Shown: positions 57,186-64,000 of the stretch, piece after piece | Position numbering within the stretch: position 1 is the first letter of the stretch | How the letters are laid out: each line of letters begins with the position of its first letter | Assembly (NCBI GenBank): GCA_012295275.1 | Contig: CM022673.1 | Coordinates: 14,570,001-14,634,000 of the forward strand | Origin: Chrysomallon squamiferum | Taxonomy: Eukaryota; Animalia; Mollusca | DNA: 64,000 nt | Direction: 5' to 3' | Program-made: the position numbers and the translations under genes | The notes under the pieces: model-generated | The model's database searches: none | What the model was told of the DNA's origin: nothing | Seen by the model: only the letters and a program-made list of their open reading frames with translations

Positions 57186-58409
57186 ATGGATGTGACAGAA
57201 GCCACGTTATCTTACCAAGGAATAAATAATGATACACCAACCACGACGGCGACGACGTATCGAGCGATTGCTATTGAGATACACAGCATCGAACATTTGA
57301 TAGCGACAAGCACGGTTCTGGGTTTGATGATATTAGCCACCATCATCGGCAACGTCTTCGTCATCGCCGCCGTCATTCTGGAGCGGAGCCTGCACAACGT
57401 CGCCAACTATCTCATTCTGTCGTTGGCTGTTGCCGATCTGATGGTTGCAACCCTGGTGATGCCGATCGCCGTTCTGAATGTCGTCACGAAACATTGGTTT
57501 CTTCCCAGCTCCGTGTGCGACATGCACATCTCCTTCGACGTCCTCTGCTGCACGGCATCCATCCTCCACCTCGTCGCCATCGCCATCGACAGGTACTGGG
57601 CCGTCACCAGCATCGCGTACATCCGCCGTCGTAGTCCCACGCGCATCGGCATCATGATCGCTCTGGTGTGGGGCGTGGCACTGACTATCTCCATCCCGCC
57701 GCTGTTCGGGTGGAAGACGTCGGAGAACAACCCGGACGTCACTGGCGAGTGTCTCATCAGCCAGGACAAGTTTTACACTGTCTTCTCCACAGTCGGTGCC
57801 TTCTACCTGCCCATGGCCATCATGATTGTTATTTACTTGCGGATTTACCAAGTGGCCAGGGCGAGGATAAGAAAGGAAAAATTCGTGAAAAAGGAAAATA
57901 AGAAAAAGCTGGCGAAGCAGGACAAGACGGTGTCTCCGAAAACCGAGTACAGCGTCGTCTCGTGCAACGGCTGCTCGCCGGAGAAAGAGAGCAGCGTGCG
58001 CAGCAAGGAGGACGAGTTGACCGACATGCACTGCGCCACCAACGGAAACTCGTGTGACGAGGCCAACACCGCCATGTTGAAAACTGGTTCGAGCGAAGCT
58101 TCCAAGGCAGCAATGTGTCGCAAGGAGAAACTCGAGCTGAAACGCGAGAGGAAAGCGGCGCGGACTTTAGCAATCATCACAGGATGTTTTTTAATCTGTT
58201 GGCTGCCCTTCTTCATCCAGGCCCTCGGCATGCCGTTTCTCAGAGACCATCAAATCATTGTGCCCGACATTTTGATGAGTTTCAACTTGTGGCTGGGGTA
58301 TGTCAACAGTTTGCTGAATCCCATTATCTATACAAAATTTAGCCCAGAATTCAGAAATGCTTTCCGCAAAATTCTCTTTGGCAAATATTCAAGGAAACCC
58401 AATCGATAG
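57186..58409 (+). CDS. 5-HT1: Serotonin 5-HT1-type G protein-coupled receptor (rhodopsin class, predicted Gi/o-coupled), single coding exon, 407 aa
   Basis: Seven hydrophobic segments with canonical motifs: GN (TM1), LAVADL (TM2), D3.32 in SFDVLCCTASILHL, DRYWAVT, W4.50 and ISIPPLFGW, ECL2 CLISQD, TM5 YTVFSTVGAFYLP (S5.42/T5.43/A5.46), ERKAARTL, CWLPFF, WLGYVNSLLNPIIY and helix 8 FSPEFRNAF. LERSLHNVANYLILSLAVADLMVA and the loop motif SPKTEYSVVS-CNGC match molluscan 5-HT1 receptors as I recall them. Strong start context gctATGG, in-frame TAG at 57171, N-glycosylation sequon NDT at residue 15. Confidence 0.96.
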   Translation: MDVTEATLSYQGINNDTPTTTATTYRAIAIEIHSIEHLIATSTVLGLMILATIIGNVFVIAAVILERSLHNVANYLILSLAVADLMVATLVMPIAVLNVVTKHWFLPSSVCDMHISFDVLCCTASILHLVAIAIDRYWAVTSIAYIRRRSPTRIGIMIALVWGVALTISIPPLFGWKTSENNPDVTGECLISQDKFYTVFSTVGAFYLPMAIMIVIYLRIYQVARARIRKEKFVKKENKKKLAKQDKTVSPKTEYSVVSCNGCSPEKESSVRSKEDELTDMHCATNGNSCDEANTAMLKTGSSEASKAAMCRKEKLELKRERKAARTLAIITGCFLICWLPFFIQALGMPFLRDHQIIVPDILMSFNLWLGYVNSLLNPIIYTKFSPEFRNAFRKILFGKYSRKPNR

Positions 58410-59340
58410 CTGAGATTGCCTGATTTATGTAGTTTAAATGGATGTGTGTTAACATGTAAATAATTCTGGGACAGGGATTGCCCGGAGTCAAACAGAGGGG
58501 AAATATAATAATAATAATAAAAAAAAAACTGTTAAAAAGACAAGCACCTGAACTTGAGGTGTGATCACAGTAATAAAACTTCCATAACTTTATTTAAACA
58601 ATTAGTCGACATAGCTTTGTATCTATCAAGTGTTTTTCATCTCGCTGTAAAAAGAACAAAAGCAAAAATAGATCGTCTATAGAGAGATACATAGACTTTT
58701 ATTTACACATTCTCTTCATGATTCCACTACGTTTAACAAGATTGTATTGTACAGCGCCTGGTGCTGACTGCTTTGGGCCAGGGCTGGTAAAACATGTGAA
58801 TTATGTGGACAAATGTAGTCACGTCGCAAAGCTGCTGTTTATTGGCCGATGAAAGGCCAGGGACTGGGATACAAGTGGTTACTGTTTTCTCGTTGCTAGG
58901 TGAAAGATAGTCTTTCTGTTTGTGGTGGGATGGACATGTGACTGTGCTGTGACGTCACAAGAAAACTTTAGATGAGAATCAAACATAAAATTGTGATCTC
59001 ACTTTAATAAACATACACACGATGCAGTTTTCGTTGCTTTGTTGTCTTTTCGTTGTTGTAGACACGCATAAATACATAAACACACTCACATACGCACTCA
59101 AATAAACATTAACACATACATTCACACATTCATACGTACATACGTAAATATATTACATGCATATACATATATAAATACAAGCACACACATATGTTCAGTC
59201 ATCTTCTGTTAATGTATATATATATGTGTGTGTGTGTGTATGAATGTATGTATGTATGTTTGTTTGTATGTATGTGTGTGTGTATGTACATAATCATCTG
59301 AATAACCAAACGATGTTAATTAAGAGAGAAATAAAATAAA
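58410..59340 (+). other. Probable 3'UTR with several candidate AATAAA poly(A) signals
   Basis: Follows the TAG stop. AATAAA occurs near 58516, 58572, 59006, 59101 and 59330. The true end cannot be determined. Confidence 0.4.
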
Positions 59341-59764
59341 AATTAAAAATATGAATAGTCCATTTTTCTTTTTCGTATTTTCCCGTTCCAGTCAAAAATC
59401 AAGAACTCTGTAAAGTATGACTGCTACATGTGGTAGATTTGTTACTGTAGCACGCTCTTTCTTCTCCTGTTGTGATGTTACTAAGGCCTCACCCACGCCA
59501 CGTGAGATTCTCACAAAGATTTATTTGTAACGGGAGCCGCGCTCTGACACACACAACATGATCACAGATGTTAATACAATACATCATCGTCTGCAGATGC
59601 GGCTAAAACGCGGGAACGAGAAGCGATAGGCCGAGGATCAACTCAAATTAAAGCGTGTTTACAGCTTCTCCTGAGTGTGTTTTACTGTGTGAAGATGGGT
59701 TATAAAATTATCTTTATGCTATAAATCGGCAAAAGAAACCCACAGCAGTCGGTTTCGTTTCTTC

Positions 59765-59796
<32 letters not shown>

Positions 59797-59934
59797 AATA
59801 TAGAAAACGTGACAATCGTTAACAATAAATTATAGTTATTTAACAACTAATTAAATTCTCTGAATTATGCTTAGATCCACCGGATATATTGTATATTTTA
59901 CCTATGTATATTTAGGGTTAGGGTTTTGAGGTTT

Positions 59935-60160
59935 GTAGATGTAAGCAATGTTTTGAGTACGTACTTACGTTTTGTGTGCGTTCTTGACGTACGTAGATGT
60001 ACACTGTGTTTTGTGTACATACTTGATATATTTAGATGTACGCATTGTGTTTTGTGTGCATTCTTGACATGCACAGATGTGTTTGTGTACATACGTACTT
60101 AACGTACATAGATGTGCACTGTGTTTTGTTCGCATAACTGGTATATGTAGATGTATATAC
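59935..60160. repeat. ~40-bp degenerate minisatellite
   Basis: Recurring tagatgtacactgtgttttgtgt. Confidence 0.7.
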
Positions 60161-61689
60161 TTTGGGTTTTTTCTGTTTTTATTTTGTGTTTGTGCATATG
60201 TATGAATGTATGAAAAGGAGAATCGACATATTTCCAATTTTCTCTTCATATTTTCAAAATGTTGATTCTACATTCGTATAATAATACAACATCACGGGCT
60301 TAAAAATATTATATTTAGCCTCAATGCAGAATTACATTATTTGTCTATTAAGTTTATTAACTATATTAAAAATTGAAGATAAATAAATAAATAATGTTCC
60401 GTATTCAATAATCACTTTACGTTCGTTGGGCTGGTTGTCATCGATTTTAGTATGACGACAACTTTGGCATTTGATCTGCACATTCCTTCACCCACAGAGA
60501 TAAAACATAAATCAGATTCCAAATAGTCTACACGTGTCAGTAAAACACGTTAGCTGTCACTGGCAAAATATAGAGTATCTATGAGATAACATGAAACAAC
60601 AACAAAATTAAATTAAATTAAATTAAATTAAATTAAATTAAATTAAATTAAATTAAATAAATAAATAAATAAATAAACAAACTATAACTAATATTATATT
60701 GTTATAACATCAACACAGCCTCTGTTAAGGGACATCTTCAAAGGTTTTGCAGGTTAATAGTAAAACACAGCAGTATTTTATAAACCTTATCAATAAATTG
60801 CACTTCACGTACTCGAAAAGGTAAAAGAAAAACGAAAACTGTGTTGCTCACTTTATCACACTGAAAAATACGTGTGAGTTATTTAACATCACATCACAAA
60901 CTGACATTTAATTATCTCCCTTTCGTTATTTCAAAGTGTGAGTAATTCTGTGGTTTATCTGTTTAAGTACGCCTGTCGTGCAAAGTTTTTCACTTCGCCA
61001 GAAGGTCAAATTTAGTGTACATGATTTTAATGTAAAAAAGTTTGCTGCAGTTTTTTTCACACTGATATATCACTTTTATGCGTGCGGTTGTGTTAATGGA
61101 AAGTTATTAAAAGGACTTTTACTGCTAATTTAAAAGTATACAAAAAACAGACAATATAAAAATAATAATAAATGTACTTTAATTTCCTTTTCCAAAAATA
61201 TCTATTAGTCCAAGAAAATTAATCCAAAAAAAAACAACAGTAGATGTTCGATTGAATGTAAAATGGTGTTTATGTGTGTTTATATATATTTTTATGTATT
61301 TGTGTATACGTTTATATTAATCATTTATATACCTGTCTATGTGAGTTGTATGAAATGTGAATATGAGTATCTGTTTTCTATATATATTTATGTATATATG
61401 TTTTGTGTATATGTTTATGTGTAGATGTTTTTGTGTATGTGTTTTGTATATGTGGTTATCTATGTGTATTTTATTGATGTGTTTATGTGTATGTGTTTTA
61501 TAGATGTGTTTTTGTACACGTATAATATATATAAGTGTCGGAACACAGAAGTGACGCAGCAGGCCTAACACGTAAACAAACTGTCAGTTCATAACGAAGT
61601 ATCGGAAAACAATCAAAATAGCACGTCACTATTTCCACTAACATCAGCGTTTAATACACGTATAATAGTAATTATTTTTACATAGCATA

Positions 61690-61805
<116 letters not shown>

Positions 61806-61969
61806 AACAGATATAAAATAGCTCATGTTACACTGAATAGAAATGAATATATTTCTCTTTACACAACAGTTAGAGAAAAAAAGAAGACTATATCGTTAAA
61901 TATAAATACACATCTAGTAACATAGTCATTACATATATATTTACATATAGATATATATATATATATATC

Positions 61970-62400
61970 GTTACACACTTAATAAAGATAAAAATATCTC
62001 TTGTTACACAATGCAGATACAAATATCTTTTGTTACATAATTAAGACAAAAATATCTCTTGTTACACTATACAGATAAAATATATCTTGTTACATAATAC
62101 AGATAAAAATATTTATTGTTACACAATGCAGATACAAATATCTCTTGTTACATAATAAAGATAAAAATATATCTTGTTACACTATACAGATAAAAATATA
62201 TCTTGGTACATGATACAGATAAAAATATTTATTGTTACACAATGCAGATACAAATATCTCTTGTTACATAAAAAAGATAAAAATATATCTTGTTACACTA
62301 TACAGATAAAAATATATCTTGGTACACACTTAATACAGAGAAAAATATCATTACATTGTTATTACAGATACAACATTGTTTGGTAGATAAAAACATATTT
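61970..62400. repeat. 29-bp minisatellite with 116-bp higher-order structure
   Basis: Unit gataaaaatatctcttgttacacaatgca. The variant ttgttacactatacagataaaa recurs at 62059, 62174 and 62290. Confidence 0.92.
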
Positions 62401-63519
62401 TTCGTTACACAATAGCTTCTTGCTGCTTCTTGTTAAACGTATTTCATACGTTCACTAAATTAAAAAAAAAAAAAAACATCATTAAACACTTTTCATCCTT
62501 TTAACTGAAATACTTCACACAAACATATATATATATATACACATACGATGATTACATTATATATTTATTTGCACAATGATATATTACGTATATTTGTACA
62601 GTACTTAAGTTATTATATATATGTAAAGTGATACATTGAAAAGGCCACGTCAGCACGTAGATAAACGTTTATCGGCGTAACGCGGTAGATCGAGTTTAAC
62701 GGTCACGTTAAATGTTTTCTGTCTGCGTTAATCTCGCACACGTTCAGACAGTCGCTGGCCGCCGACCCACTGAAAGCAGGGATCACCGCGTCACTGTACG
62801 CTGTAAACAAATGCAAGAAAATTCCATTTGTAAATTCATCTTTTTTGTTCGCTATGATAACCGCTGATCGTTCTTAATGCTGATATGTTAATCGAGTCAA
62901 ATACCATGGCAACGGCTTCCTGACTGTCAGAGAACTATAGTTAAAAGTGAATAGTTTGACACAGATTTATCGTTCATTTGTGATAACAAAAATGTTGACT
63001 ACATAAATACATTACATGCTACAAGCAGCTTACTGCGGCGTTCCAGAATTATACAAATGCAGTGTATAAGAACTAGATAAATGTAATATGGCTGTAACTG
63101 AATAAATACAATATTCTGGAATTAGAAAAATGTTGAGTACTAAAACGAGATAAATAAGTCCACGAGAACGAGATAAATACAGAATACTACAAGATAAATC
63201 CAATATAATTGAAATAGATAAATATTGCAATTAGGTAAGTATATAAATTTGATTTTCCACTCTGAATTCTGAAAAGTGGAAATAAAATTTAACAGTTACC
63301 TGCACTTAAAAAGGTTGTACGTGTACGTGACGTAAGTTTAACTGTTGATGGTGTTTTTATGAATAAACTGTGTTGATTCACACGAGTGAATGGAAACATT
63401 TCTGAGCTATCAAACAGCGATAAGGTTCGCGCAAAGAAAAAAAAAAAATCTGTCGTCATTATAAACGGTTCTGTTATCCACAGGCAGAGCTTGTCATAAA
63501 CAGGAAAGCATTGCTGGAA

Positions 63520-63612
63520 CAGGAAACAGCCTGGCGGGTCTTCCGATAAGGATTGATCCGGCGACCGCCACGCCCCTGGCAGTCCAGCGAGCGAGCGCCA
63601 TCTGCCGCTGTA
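63520..63612. promoter_or_regulatory. GC-rich regulatory island with KLF/SP and CTCF-like motifs
   Basis: GCCACGCCCC at 63567-63576 and GAGCGCCATCTGCCGC at 63593-63608. Confidence 0.4.
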
Positions 63613-64000
63613 AAGAGAAACAAGCTGGTGATTTTTGAATATCACATATTTCCATTTTCTTTTCCACTCGACCACCGCTGATGAATATCAACAGTTGAAA
63701 CATGTTTGACTTGCTTATAATGGAAAACGTTTGCTCAACTTTGATGGTGCGCACAATGGGAAGGGAGGAAACACGGTCACTACACACACTTCCTGCTAAT
63801 GAACCAGCGCGAAAGAGAAAAGCTTAGTTTCATTGTTTACACAATTAATACTTCTTGAAAATCAATGCGAGCACTTTCCTCAGCTTCGTAACGGAAACAT
63901 CTCGACAATGGTTAGTTTATGAATTAATCGACCGCTGAAAGAACAGAAATTTAACAGATATTTTCCTTTCTTTCATCTGCACAGTAGGAATGCCGTTATT

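Noticed and set aside
57212-58342. Overlapping antisense and alternative-frame ORFs (up to 232 aa)
   Set aside because: Shadows of the GC3-rich receptor CDS, with no recognisable domains.
63245-63290. Stem-loop tttccact…agtggaaa as a terminator
   Set aside because: Rho-independent terminators do not apply in this eukaryotic context, and such short AT-rich stems arise by chance.

Overview
This is AT-rich, microsatellite- and minisatellite-laden eukaryotic (animal) DNA, not prokaryotic. It has one credible protein-coding sequence: an intronless 407-aa class A GPCR at 57186-58409 (+), a serotonin 5-HT1-type receptor most like the molluscan ones (Lymnaea 5-HTlym / Aplysia 5-HT1 type), which points to a mollusc. 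The ~57 kb upstream is a gene desert. It contains a plausible core promoter and first non-coding exon (~35556-35981), then a ~21 kb 5'UTR intron ending at a splice acceptor at 56863. The non-coding DNA also holds at least a dozen minisatellite families, one long near-perfect inverted duplication (38089-38433 / 42431-42775), a smaller MITE-like inverted repeat, two direct dispersed duplications, and clusters of recognisable motifs (RFX X-boxes, CREs, CTCF-, YY1-, ETS/GABP- and NRF1-like sites). I see no CRISPR array, rRNA, intact tRNA or transposase. Nearly all other ORFs in the track come from simple repeats. I cannot show a wholly new biological system. The best leads are the unusual binding-pocket residues of the receptor, the long intronic inverted repeat, and the RFX/CRE/CTCF regulatory layout. 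Homolog comparisons are from memory, not from a database search.
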